NCBI RefSeq assembly: GCF_038025025.1
Contig: NW_027117341.1
Location: 372,001 to 436,000, forward strand
DNA: 64,000 nt
Source of the DNA: Phyllosticta citribraziliensis
Taxonomy: Eukaryota
Direction of reading: 5' to 3'
Shown here: positions 32,623 through 44,510 of the stretch, piece after piece
Position numbering within the stretch: the first letter of the stretch is position 1
How the letters are laid out: every line of letters starts with the position of its first letter
Notes under the pieces: generated by a model
Seen by the model: the letters and a program-made list of their open reading frames with translations, nothing else
The model's database searches: none
What the model was told of the DNA's origin: nothing
Translations under genes and position numbers: made by a program

Positions 32623-35600
32623 TCAGGTATAACTCCTCATGGCATCAAGGTACCCGGTGCCGCCCTTGAGGTCGCGTTCAAAGCTAGCTGCGACGTCGAG
32701 CACGCGGCGGATGTGCGCCATGGAGAGGGCGGACTGCTCGTTGACGGCGAGGGCCTGGGCGGTGCGGACGGCGTTTTTGATCTGCGGGGAGGGTGGCAAC
32801 GTCAGCGAGGTGTTCAAAAGCGAGGATGAGAAGGGAAAAGGGGTGACGAACCTGGCGGCCGTTCATGTTCTTGCGGGCAAGGGCGTTGTAGTCGTCGCTC
32901 TCAAACTTGTCCATCTGCATCCCCTCCATCTCCTCGACCTTCTTGAGGAACATCTTCCATATCTCGCGCTTGGCGTGGTGGCCCAGGTCCTCGTAGCGCA
33001 GGCCCATGTGCGTGCGGCTCTGGAACGCGTCGTCAAACGTCTCGACGCGATTCGTCGTGAGGAACAAAATGCCCTGGAAGTACTCGAGCAGGCGCAGGAA
33101 GATGGACACCAGCGCATTGCGGTGGATGTCGTGGACCTGGCGCTTCTCCAAAAAGACGTCGGCCTCGTCGAGCAGCAGGATGGCGCCCCAGCTGTGCGCA
33201 ATGTCCATGATCTTCTGCAGCTCCTGCTCGAGGCGCCAGCTGTCGGTGCCCAGCTCGCCCGCCGACACGGCGTACAGCGGGCACTTGAGGAAGTCGGCGA
33301 TGCCCTCGGCCGTCAGCGTCTTGCCCACGCCGGGCGAGCCGTGCAGCACGAAGACCAGCCCCTTGCCCTTGCCCTGCACCACGTCGTCGATGGTCTCGGC
33401 CGCGTGGAACTTGTGCGACGACACGAGCGCTTTGACGATCGACTTGTCGTTGGGCGGCAGCACCAGCGACTCGAACGCGCCTTCGTTCCATTCGATGTCG
33501 CGCACGCCCGCGATGCTGAATTCCAGCCACTGCTTGTCGGCGAAGCTGAACCCCAGCACCACCGGCGACGCGATGAGCAGCTCGTCCTCGGAGAAGATTT
33601 GGTCTTTGGTCTTGTCGTCATCGTCGGCGACGCCCTCACCGTTGGTTTCACCGTTGGCAGCGTCGCCTGCCAGCTTATCCAGCTTCTCCTTTTTGATCTC
33701 GACACCCTCTTCGTCCACTTCCACCTTGACAAGGTGCGCCATTTTGTTCTCATCGTAAACGAGCTTCAGCTTGAAGTGCTCCTTTTCCTCATTGTCCGGG
33801 TTGTTCTCGGGCCCGTGCATCTTGCAGTCACTGTCTTCATCCTCGTCGTCATCACTGCTGCAGCACATGTCGTACAGGGCGTCCTGGTCCTTGGGCTTGA
33901 TGAGCGAAATAGGGTAGTTGGGGTTGATGCGGCGGAAGATGGCCGGATCGATCATGACGCGCCCGTTGACGTTATGCTTGGCCACGGCCTTTTTGCGCTT
34001 CTCAAACGCCAGGCCCTTGTGGAAGCGGTAGTTCATGCCCGTCATGGTCACGAAGCGCTTGCCGCGCTCAATCAGCTGCTTCTTGAGGTTGTCGGCGTCC
34101 TTGTGGTAACGGATCGGGTACGTAGCCAGGCTGGTAATCTTGCGCGGGCCCTTGAACGCGTCGACGTTGATTTCAAAGTCGCCCAGCCCGTAGTTTTTGC
34201 CGTCGTACTCGAGGTAGCGGCCCTCGATACAGTACCACTCGCCTCGGATAAAAGACCTCTCCTTGTACGCATAGTCGACCTTGAAGCAGCGCGGGTGCTC
34301 TGCCGCGCCGTATGTGGTGGTGTATGCGAACGTGTTTGGCTTGAAGAGCGCCCACAGCAAGTCAAAAGTGATGTTGCCCGCCTCGAGCATCGGGTACAAC
34401 GTCTTCTTAGTCTCGTCGTAGTCCTCGTCGAGGTACTTGAGCATGATCTTGCAGTGCGAGGCCATGACCTTAAGCTTCTTCTTTTGCTTCCGTTTCTTCT
34501 CCTTCTTTGCCTTGTTCTTGAGAGTCTTCTTGGCGTAAGTGCGAAGCTCCTCGAGGTACAGGAACAGCATGTTGGGGTCGATGGACGGCTGTTCCTCGAC
34601 CAGCGACACGCCCTTTACGTCCTTGAAGATTTCGGCCAGCGCCTCGCGCAGAAGCTTTGACTTGATGTCGACAACGGTGCTACGGTACTTGTTTTCCCAG
34701 TCGAACCGCCGCCGCACGGTGAAGACGTACGAGTTGAATTCGTCGACCGGGTCTTCGGCGCTCTCCGTGAGCTTGTAATTGTGAATGGTGTTGTCCCACA
34801 GCTCATCCACGCGCTTGAATTCGAGCGTGGTGCCGCGCTTGGCCTGCTGCTTTTTCCCCTTGCGCTTGTCCTTTGGCTTCTTCTTGCCGCGAAACGTCAG
34901 CCTGGCAAGCCCGGTGGCAAGCTTCTCCTCGATCGAGGCCTCATCCAGCTCACCGCTGCCGCCCTGCGTCGACGAACTGTTAGGCCGCCGCTGGAGGATG
35001 TCGAGCAAGAGCTGCGCGAGGCCCGTCTCTTCGCCCTCTGCCTCAGAAACGTCATCAGCATCTGTGTCGTCGGCATGGCGAGAGCGCTGCGACTTTCTCT
35101 TGCTCTTGCGGCGGCGAGCATGCTTCGACTCTTCCTCGGACGACTCGCTTTCCGAAGAGGAAGAGCTCTCACTCTTCTCACTCTCACTCTCACTCTCCGA
35201 CGAAGAGCTGTCGTACTTTTTGCTCTTCTTGCCCTTCTTCTTGGTCTTTTTCGCCTTGATCTTGCGCATCTTGATGATGCTCTTCTTCCGGCTCCTCTTG
35301 CGCCCGTCGTCCTCACTGCTGCTGCTGTCGTCGCCTTCGTCGGAGCTGGAGTCCTCCGACTTGGCCTCATCGCTCGTCTCCGAGTCAGACGCGCTGTCGT
35401 CAGAGTCGGAGCTCTCGTCGCGCCGGTTGCGCTTGGATTTCTTGCCGTGGCGCTTGGTGGCCTGCGGCTTCTTGCCATTCTGGTTCTTTTTCGTCTTCTT
35501 CTTGGCCGACTTGGCGGGCTTTTCGGCGCCCTCGCCGCCGTCGGTGGTCTTCAGGTCTGGGTTGGGCGCGTCGGTGGTTGTCTTGACGTCTACGGGGTCG

Positions 35601-35638
35601 CCTGGCTTGGCCGACTCGTCGCGTGGAGCGCTTTCCAT
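32623..35638 (-). CDS. Fungal-specific AAA+ ATPase with long acidic/basic low-complexity N-terminus
   Basis: Walker A GSPGVGKT, Walker B LLLDEAD, LLEYFQGILFLTTNR, NGRQ|IKNAVRTA across intron 32851-32782. Start MESAPRD at 35638; an in-frame ATG at 35863 is an alternative. Confidence 0.92.
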
Positions 35639-36321
35639 GACGGTGTCGTCGTAGGCGGAGGAGCTACGGGCGCCAGTGGGATCGTGCAGCGGAGCGGGAG
35701 CGGGGGCGGCCGGGGACGAGCCGGCGGCGGAGGCGGAGGCGGAGGCGGCGGGAGGCTGCAGTTGCGGGGATGGCGTCGAGGGAGTGAGGATGGCGGTTTG
35801 GCACCGAGTAGCTTGGTGGAGCGGAGAAGAGGGAAGAGGTTGTCCAGACGAGGGCGAGATCATGGATTAATAAATAAGAGCAACGGGCAGAAGCCGTGCG
35901 ACGGCGAGTGTGACTGTGACTGGGGAGGGTGCGTTGGCTCGTGTTGGATGTCGGCGTGGCGAGGCGAGGCTGCAGGAAACATACATGAACAGCAGGCGAG
36001 TGTTTGGCGGCCACGAGGAGATATTTACATCAGATGTAAACCGTGACAACAGACGCGCGCCCCCCGGCAGCCAATCCAGACACCGCTCACCGGGCGCTTG
36101 CAGCTCTGGCGCATCCCTCACGCCCCACTGCTCCAGGAAACAATCTATGCTCCGATAGGGTATTCCAGCCGCCCCCGATGCACACTACGACAAAAGGCAA
36201 ACGTTGACTGATGCACCAATCCTCGACGCCGCTCACCGTCCATTCATGGCATGCTGACGACCTCTGCCTCCGCGGCTGCCTTGGCCCGACCCACAATCCA
36301 CCCCAGGCAGAATCCTCCGCC

Positions 36322-38031
36322 TCACTTCTGACTGGCCGTCTGCTTGCCCAGGTCCTCGCTCGAGCTGCTGCTGTCCGTCACCGTCGGCGGAGCCATTTCA
36401 CTGCCGTCTGCCGCGCTCATCTTGGTGCCGATCCCATCACCGCTGCTGCCATCCGCTCCACATGCCTCCGCCGAGACGACCATCCGAGGCTCTTCAGTCT
36501 TTCTGACGCTGCTGGCGCGGCTCAAGTCCGAGATGCTGGCCGGCGGCGTCTGAGTCCGCAGGCCCAAGTCCCTGGAATCCGCCGCATTCGCCGCCTCGGT
36601 GACCTGTTGGCTCTTTGGAGGATCCACTTGCTGGATCGGCTCGCCCGCTACATGCGGCGCAAAGACGACGGGGTCCTTTCCCGTCTCCTCTTTGGGCAGA
36701 CTGCGCCAGACGACAGAGAAGCGGTCAAAGGCCTTGGTGCCTTTGCGTAGTGAGCCCTTGATGCCGTCCATCTTGTCCCATTCGAGCTCAAAGACGCCTG
36801 AGTCGTCGGGTTTTCCACCCTGTTCGGGACCCCGCCCTTCGAAAAAGGTATTGAACCATACGTGCGCCACCGATGTGACCATGGTGTATCCGTACATGGC
36901 CTTGTTGCGCCGCTCGAAATCGATATTGACGTCGTTTGTAGGCAGAACGATCCGCGAAGATGGGCGGAATATGACATCGGCGCCGGCATCTGTTGGCGTG
37001 CTGCTGCCATCTTCGCGATTCTGCTGCTCTCCAGCCTCGCTGTCCGACGTGGCAGAAGAAGACCCTTCTGCGTTCGTGCTCGTTGGCTCGCGGTTGGCCT
37101 TGCGCTCTTTCGACGGCGCACGCTTCGTGCCGCTGCCATTTCCTTTCCCCATGACTTCGACCACGACGTCGGCCAGCTTCGCGCTGTCCTTGACCTTACC
37201 CCTGACGACTTGCCGCTCGGACTTGCCGAACGTGTGGAAGGACTTGATACGCTTGCCTTCATCAACATAGCCTTCGATGCCGACCTTGACGCCGTCCCTC
37301 AGCCCCAAAACGTGCACCTCGACCACCTCGACTTGGCGCTCGACGTAGATTTTGCCGCCCTTGACCCAGCGGTCCACGTAGCCGACCCAACGGAGTTGGC
37401 TGGGGATGCTGACGCCAGCGCCAAAACCAGGCCGCATGCGCCGCTCGGTGAAGCGATTCAGGGCATCCTCGACGCTCCAGCCCTCTTCTGATATGAGATA
37501 CGCGCAGCTCATAGTGCCACTGCGGCCCTTGCCGGCCTTGCAGTGCACGACGACAACCCGCTCCTTCTTGCCCTTCTTCCCGTCCTCGACTTTCGACCCG
37601 TCCTCGCGCCGCAACCACGCCGCCATGCTCGCCATCACGCGCGGCACGACATGGAAAGGCGGCGGGTGGTGGTCGGGCCAGGGGAAATGCCACACCCGGC
37701 CGTGCACCTCTTCATCGCTGTAACCCGTCCCCTCGGCCCGGAACTCCCATATCGCCCACTGGTCGCCGTGCTCCTTGTCGAGGTATTTGACCAGTGTGTG
37801 CAGCGGATTGCGGTATGCTCGCGTGGGGTACGTCCCGCTAGGTCCGGACGTCGCGATGATGTTGGGCGTCACGTAGCATAGGTCGAGGTTCGACGCTGTG
37901 TGGTGGACCCGCGGCGACGCGACCAGGTGGCGGAGGAGGGATGTCTGGTGAAGTGTCAGTCGGGGTGCGTGGGCAGACTTGGCAGGAGAAGGAATGCGAA
38001 AGGTGGAAACGTGTGCGAGATGACGGACCAT
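36322..38031 (-). CDS. TEP1: PTEN-like phosphoinositide 3-phosphatase (Tep1/Ptn1)
   Basis: LDLCYVT.NIIA, YRNP, FPWPDHHPPPF, catalytic HCKAGKGRSG, GVSIPSQLRW, C2-like HVWFNTFFE. ATG-only first coding exon; intron 38028-37945. Confidence 0.92.
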   Translation of the reverse strand: MVRHLAHVSTFRIPSPAKSAHAPRLTLHQTSLLRHLVASPRVHHTASNLDLCYVTPNIIATSGPSGTYPTRAYRNPLHTLVKYLDKEHGDQWAIWEFRAEGTGYSDEEVHGRVWHFPWPDHHPPPFHVVPRVMASMAAWLRREDGSKVEDGKKGKKERVVVVHCKAGKGRSGTMSCAYLISEEGWSVEDALNRFTERRMRPGFGAGVSIPSQLRWVGYVDRWVKGGKIYVERQVEVVEVHVLGLRDGVKVGIEGYVDEGKRIKSFHTFGKSERQVVRGKVKDSAKLADVVVEVMGKGNGSGTKRAPSKERKANREPTSTNAEGSSSATSDSEAGEQQNREDGSSTPTDAGADVIFRPSSRIVLPTNDVNIDFERRNKAMYGYTMVTSVAHVWFNTFFEGRGPEQGGKPDDSGVFELEWDKMDGIKGSLRKGTKAFDRFSVVWRSLPKEETGKDPVVFAPHVAGEPIQQVDPPKSQQVTEAANAADSRDLGLRTQTPPASISDLSRASSVRKTEEPRMVVSAEACGADGSSGDGIGTKMSAADGSEMAPPTVTDSSSSSEDLGKQTASQK

Positions 38032-38661
38032 GAGAGATGTTTGGTTGGGCGTTTGCGCAGCACAGTGTCAAGTGCAGATAAACAGGGTCGGACGAGAGCC
38101 AAAGGAAAGATCGTGTTGCAAGCGTCGTGATGCAGGTGGCAGTCAATCAAGAAGAGGGCACAACAAGTCAGTCGGTCTGAAAGTGGGATCGTCTAGAGAG
38201 TAGCAGGGTGGCGGTGTTGGATGCAGCTATGCAAAGTCGCATGCTGAAGGCGAGCTGGTAGAAGGCGGTCCGGGGTTAACAAATAGGCGAGTGGGTGCGG
38301 TGAGATGAGGTTGTCGTCAAGGCAAAGGAGCCGGAGCGAGCGCTGGGCTGGTGCTGGCTGGGCTGCGCTTCGGCCTACGTCATGATCCCCGACCCAAGAC
38401 CAAGACCGAGACCCCGGCTCTCCCACTTCAAGCCCACGCCAAGACATTCCATTGTCGATCTGACGAAGCTTGTTTGTTTGTTCATTGTCGTTTGCTTATC
38501 TCTTCTGCCCTACTGCGTCCATCAGATGCTATGCGCGTGAAACAAGGTATCATCCAAGTCGACCTTTACCGCTCGAGTGCCACTCAACCATGGTGGGCTA
38601 TTCGCATTGTGTGGAGCCTCCTTCTCGGCACCCATGCATTCCTTGCTTATAGTTGACCACC

Positions 38662-40467
38662 TCATGGTTTCAATGCAGGCTTCTTCTTGGTGAAATCGCT
38701 CTGCGAAAGCTTCGTCCCCCAGTACTTTTTCAACCACGTCTCCACGACCCGAATGTTCCGCTCATCTATGCCGCAATCCGCCATCATGGAGAGGACCTGC
38801 CACGCCCTCTCGTCGCCGGCCGCTGCGCACCTCTTGGCCATTGCTCCAAATGTGCCGCCGCGTGGCGAGAAGCCACACTTGCGCATCTCTCCATACTGCA
38901 CAAACGCGTCCTCGTAGTCGTCCTCGACCAAGCAGACGAGTAGAAGCCGGTCGTGCGTCAAATGGTCGGCTTTGATGCCGCGCTCTACCATCTCAGCCAC
39001 GAGATACATGGCCAGATCTTTCCGGCCGTGTAGGTGGCGCAGCAACACGTTGAACGTTTCGGTTGCCGGACCGCCTGGACAGACGCTGTTTAGCGCCTTG
39101 TATTGTTCAATGGCCAGTTCGACGTCTTTCTGGAAAAGCGATGCTTCCATAGCGACGTGAACCAGCGCAAGAGGTAATTTTCGGCCATCTCTTGCAAGCC
39201 TGCGGAGCGTCCTGAATAGACTCTTTGGCCGGACAATCTCACCTCGTGCCCACCTGAAAAGTCTTCTCGTGGAATACTCATCGGCAGCGAAGCCGTTTTC
39301 GTGCATGATGCACAACACTGATGCCGCCTTTTCGATATCCCGGGCCTGCACGTACGTGTCGACGAGCATCTCGTACTGGTACTGGGTCAAGATTTGCTTG
39401 CGCTCACCAATCAAACGGAAAACGTCGCTGGCAAGCCCAGCATCTCCATGGCGAGCTGCCGTAGCGAGGACATTGTCGCACATGCCCGCAGAGGGTATGA
39501 GGTACCCATGGCTGACTTGTCGAGTCCATATGTATGACGTGACTTCGTGCTAGCATCCTGTTAGCTTCCGCTCAAAGACGCGGGGAGTGCGTTCGAACAT
39601 TTTGAAAATCGCTTGCCAGGTCCAACAGACGGTAATAAGCCATTTTTGAAACCGCATCATTCCCAGAGTCTACGAGCTCTCGCACAATCCGGAAAGCCTC
39701 ATCTGCCTCTTCTACTTCGCAGAGCATGTGGATGGCCATGTTGTATAGCCACGGTTGTACCTCGACGCCATCTGCTCTCATGGATTCGATTTGTTCCAAT
39801 GCCATTTCAAACTGCCGGTCACGGAGCGATCCAACAACAATATCGTGTCTACCCTCCTCTTTGATGGTAATCCATTTTTGGCGCATATACTCGAGTATTG
39901 CCTCGCGGAGTAGGTAGTCCGGATGTACAGCGAGCACCTGCTATTGGGTCAGACAAGTGTATGAGAAACAGGTGTCAAGGCGCGTACCTTGAGGACATTG
40001 TGGCATATTTCCGAGTTCGGCTCGAGACCAATCTCCGCGACCTCCTTGAGTAGAGACGCAATGGCGCCAGCAGACCCCAGTTTCGCATCGCAATTGACGA
40101 GAATTGCGGCCGAGTACTCTTGGAGGTCGGGTTTATTCCACCTCTTTACACACAACAGCTCGGACAAGATATGGTGAGCTTTTTCTACCTCGCCCCGCTC
40201 AGCAGCACGGCGCAACGAATTTCTGAGTGTGGTAGGGCCCTTTTTAGTCCCTGTGTCGTTTGTAGGCTCGGCGACATTTGCTTGCGCGGCCGAGGACTGA
40301 TGCGCGCGTTGGATGCGGGGAGCGGAGGGTTGTCGGCGACAGGTTGTCAAGGTAGAGCGACGCAAGCTCGCCGTCGATGAAGCTTTCGGTGTTCGGAGAG
40401 ATGCATTTGCGAGCGATTGGCACAAGGAGTGCCTGACTGTCTCCAGAATCAGAGCAGTTGAGGACAT
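38662..40467 (-). CDS. Mitochondrial pentatricopeptide-repeat (PPR) protein
   Basis: Arg/Ser-rich presequence; 35-aa helical repeats (YNMAIHML, YEMLVDTY, TETFNVLL, THDRLLLVC); two introns join ORFs 39949-40467, 39572-39937 and 38662-39483. Confidence 0.88.
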
Positions 40468-40923
40468 TAGATGCGGGTGGTGGAGGCGTGGTCAATGAGT
40501 CTGGGGGACGGCCGCAGCTTCGCCGGAGATGCGCTCGACTCGCGAATCCCTGCAGCCTCTCAACTTCACCCAGCAATTCTCACGCTAGCTTGTGAACACA
40601 TGCGGCGTCAGTCTGATCTGATGTTCTCAATCCTTAAACTTCACCTGCATGAAATATCAAGTCTGGTTGAGGCAAATTCTTCACATTTTCTGCCTAGTTG
40701 TCGTGACCAAGTCAGCCATGGTGAGCGCATGCTACCCAGCTTGATACACGGCTTCATCCAAGCGCTAATGTAGTCGTCCCAATGGCAAAAGCCTGGGCTC
40801 ACAAATGTTCCGTGGCGCCATCCTTGTACTCCAGTGCAGGACATTGTGGTATCTCCAACGCTTCACGGCCGATTTTGGCACTACTTGCGCTCATGTCATA
40901 TCTCCAGTGAGCCGTTGTTTGCT

Positions 40924-41434
40924 TCAGGCACCACGGCCTCTGCCCCGACCTCCGCGACCGCCTCTGCCCATGCCACGACCTCTGTCACCGCGTCCACCGT
41001 GGTCGCCGCGCTGGTGTGCTCCTCCGCGGCCGCCGCGATTCGCCTGGTCGCGCTGCTGTTGGTCTTTGACGACGTCGATGATTTCGTCGGGCACGCGCAA
41101 GTACTTGATCTGGGACAGGTCAGTATATGCAATCCAGCGAGTAGGTTTTGCAACGCACGTTGTTCCCGCGAATGTAGACCTCGGGCAGCCTCCAGAAGCG
41201 CTCGCCGTCGGAGCTCGTCTGCACAACCTCCTTCAAAGTGAGGTTCATCCAGTTGTCGCAGTTGATGAGGTGGCCGTTGAGCGTCTCTCCGTTCTTCAAT
41301 TCGACCAGCATAGGGTGGCCTTGAGCGGCATTAAGGAGGCCTAAGGGCAGCTTGAAGACGCAAAGTCAGCGCCTGCACACAGTGTCATTCAATATGCTAG
41401 TATGCAGCGAGGGTAAACAAGGTGGGCTCACCAT
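40924..41434 (-). CDS. LSM4: U6 snRNA-associated Sm-like protein Lsm4
   Basis: [38 protein letters not shown]...[18 protein letters not shown]-rich tail; two introns. Confidence 0.97.
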
Positions 41435-42290
41435 GGCGACGGAGGGTGCAGGAGGGCGCAGGGAGTTAGGGATGGCGTGTTGCTTGCGCAATGAGGAGGC
41501 TGGAGTGGTAGCGATGCGGCGTTGGGGGGCTTGTCGCGATGAGGATGTGATGACGCTGCTCTGGTTCTGATGGAGACCAACCACGGACGGGAGCTCTTGA
41601 TTCTTGGCATTCTACCCACCGTACCAGTCGGAGTCGGAGCTGGCTCGTGCTCGTGGCCGGCGGTCGGCGGTCGGGCCTGCGCCGGGCCGAAATGGTCCGC
41701 CCAGAGGGACCGGGACCTGGAGGCTAGAGCACGGCGCCCACACCACCACAGACCAGACCAGACACCGACGAAGGACTCGACCGGCCTGTCACTTTTCAAC
41801 GCCAGCGTCAAGTGGAAATGATGGGCGTCCCGGCGACGCCTGCTGCTCGGAATTGTCGGCACTGGCCATGGTGAACAACCACTGCGGTTTCTCAACTCTC
41901 CCGTCCAGCTCGCCATGTCTCTCATGGCAGTGCATCGTCAACCCCTTTCTGCCATCCAGCTCTCCACTGCAGACTGAAACATTCTCGTCCAGCACGCCAA
42001 CGTCGCTGCAGGTGGCCGGCAGTGGGTTGGCCACACTCGGGGCGCGTCGAGGCGCAGCGGCCGAATCAGGCGCTGTCGGCAGGCCGGGGCTTACGCGGCG
42101 CCCTGTCGTTAAGAACAGCCTTACCCCGTTCCTCCCGTCGAGTCTTCAATTCCTGCTGCCTACAACTTATCACACTCTCTGTACACGTCGTCTCCACTTG
42201 CTTGGCTTGTTGCTCCTTTTTTGTTTTGTTTGGCCCCAGTGATTATTGTTACCTGTTTGTGTTTTATCAAGTGCCTCAACTTCCTTGGCT

Positions 42291-44510
42291 ATGCGTGCCT
42301 CTTTGCAGGCCCTGGCGCTTGCAACGGCTGCTGTGGCCGTTGCACTACCAAAACCCGAGCCTCCAAATGACCAGCCCCTCGTGCTCGAGCTTGGTAATGA
42401 TGCCAATCTCTGCTCTAAACTGCCGCCTAGGACTGACATCAACAGATGCAAACGATGCCCGCGCTACCTTCAGCATACCCTGCCAAGGCTGTCTTGGCGG
42501 GGACGATGACGAGTCCCTCGTATGCCATCAACTCTGTTAAGAATCACCTCAAACCGCCGCTGACGGCTGCCTTAGGTTTTTGACCTCCAAGTCTTCGCCT
42601 CTGCTCAGCCCTGCGGCCAGAGCAACATCACCCTCAACGGCCACTCGCTAAGCCAGAACTGGCAAAACGTTCATGCCGACGGTGCTGGCCTCATTCCGAC
42701 TTCTTCAAAAACCGAAACGCAGCGCCAGCTCAATCTCACCTGGGAAACCCTTTGCCTTTTCGATACTCTTCCGGAATCAGACGAGAGCAGCGCCGCTGCC
42801 GATGATGTCGCTCAGCTGTTGACTGTCAAGGTCGGCCAAGTTGACGACCAGCCTGTCAAGGGCTGCCAGGGCTTCAGCGTCTCGTTCAAGCAATTCGCGC
42901 AAAAAGTTGATCTTCTCCGGCTGGCCACCAAGCCGTTCCGATCCGCTTCAGGGGACACCGAGGATTGGCGGAACCCTCCAGCCGCACTGAGGCTCGTGCC
43001 TATCGACTTTGACCACCTCCCCGAGGGCTTCTACCACCAGGGCCCCTCCATCCAAGACGAACTTCAACTCCTGCAAGACCTCGAGGCTGAGGAGAGGGAA
43101 CTCCATCACCGGATTGGCCTTCAGAAAGAGCGCATCAAGGCTCTGATCAAGGAAAATGCCCACGGCTTCCCCGGCGACACGAACAAGTGTGAAAACATCT
43201 CCTGCGCCCTCAAATCATTGCTCAACAAGGCCCACGGCGCCATTCGCATCATCTACGTCCACCTCCGACCTGGTCACGACCGCCATCACGGCCATGAGAT
43301 GATGGGCAAATTCCATCACGGACCCCACGGCCCTCACGATCCGGCCTTTTACGAAACGCAGAGGCTTTCGGAACACGACAATCACAGACAAGGTTCTCAT
43401 CCAGAGCATGATGACCACTTTGGACACCGCGAACATGGTCCTCTTGGAGAGTCGGGACATCCGGGTATGGGATATGGAATGCCACCCGGCCCGCCGCCTC
43501 CAGGTCCTCCGCCGCCCCCAATGGATGGAATGGGCAGATATCCCCCGCCTCCTGGACCTCCGCCTCCTGGCCCTCCCCCTCCCTATGCGCATGGTCCGCC
43601 CCCGCCTCCACTCGGCGGCCCCCCTGGTTTTGGTCCCCACCACGGACCGCCGCATCACGGGCCTCCCCGCATTGTTCACATCTTGATGACGCTGGCCTCT
43701 ATCTCTGGTCTCGCCTTCGTTTTCAAGTTCATTCGCAAGCACTGCTTCTCGCTCCGGAGGCGCACCGAAATCCGTGCCACTTGTGAGGAGCGCCGCACTG
43801 CGCGGGAGTACCGTCGTCTTGCCAGACGTCACGCCTGGCGCAACTGGTGGCACGGCCGCAAGGGTGACTATGAAGAGAAGAGGGCCCTCATCCTCGAACA
43901 GGAGGACCGCTTGGAAGAGGCCATGCAAGATGAAATCAGGCAATTGCAGTGTGCTCAGGAGCTCGCCCAGGAAATTGTCCGCGCCGAGGAGGGCCGCGCC
44001 ACGCAGCACTTCCACTCTAGTCCGTCGGCTTGCCGTGGTTGCGCTCATGCCCACCACGTCCCGCAGATGGCTCAGGGCAGCCTCCACGCCACGCCCTACC
44101 CCCATGGCATGTACGCTGCTCCCATGCCGCCAGCACCACACGTTCACAGCGCAATGTCCTGCACCACCACGCTCCCCTCGTACAAGTCCGAGATGAGCAG
44201 CGTAGACACCGACGACGCACCCCCGGCCTACGAAGAAGACGCCGACAACTCGGACATCGTCGTCGACGGCTTCCGCCCCTACAACCCCAGCGTGACGACG
44301 ACGGCCTACACGCCCGAGAGCAGCATTCCCGACGTCAGCCCGCGGCCGAGCGCCGAAACGCTGCGGCGGCCGGCGGGCATCATCGACGGCTTCGGCAACG
44401 ATGCCGACGGCGACGGCGACCCGGATGGCGAGGACCTGGATGTCGTGGCGGAGGAGCGCGAGCTGCCCGCCACGCCGGCTAGCATGCTGGACCGCGACCG
44501 CAAGAACTGA
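42291..44510 (+). CDS. Type-I membrane protein of unknown function (signal peptide, CxxC ectodomain, His/Pro-rich stalk, one TM, cytosolic PY motifs)
   Basis: MRASLQALALATAAVAVA signal; introns ~42394-42445 and 42520-42575 give IPCQGCL...PCGQSNITLNG and join ORF 42819-44510; TM ILMTLASISGLAFVFKFI. Confidence 0.8.

Noticed and set aside
32639..36046. Plus-strand ORFs of 673, 421 and 289 aa
   Set aside because: Antisense shadows of the AAA+ ATPase caused by strong third-position GC bias.
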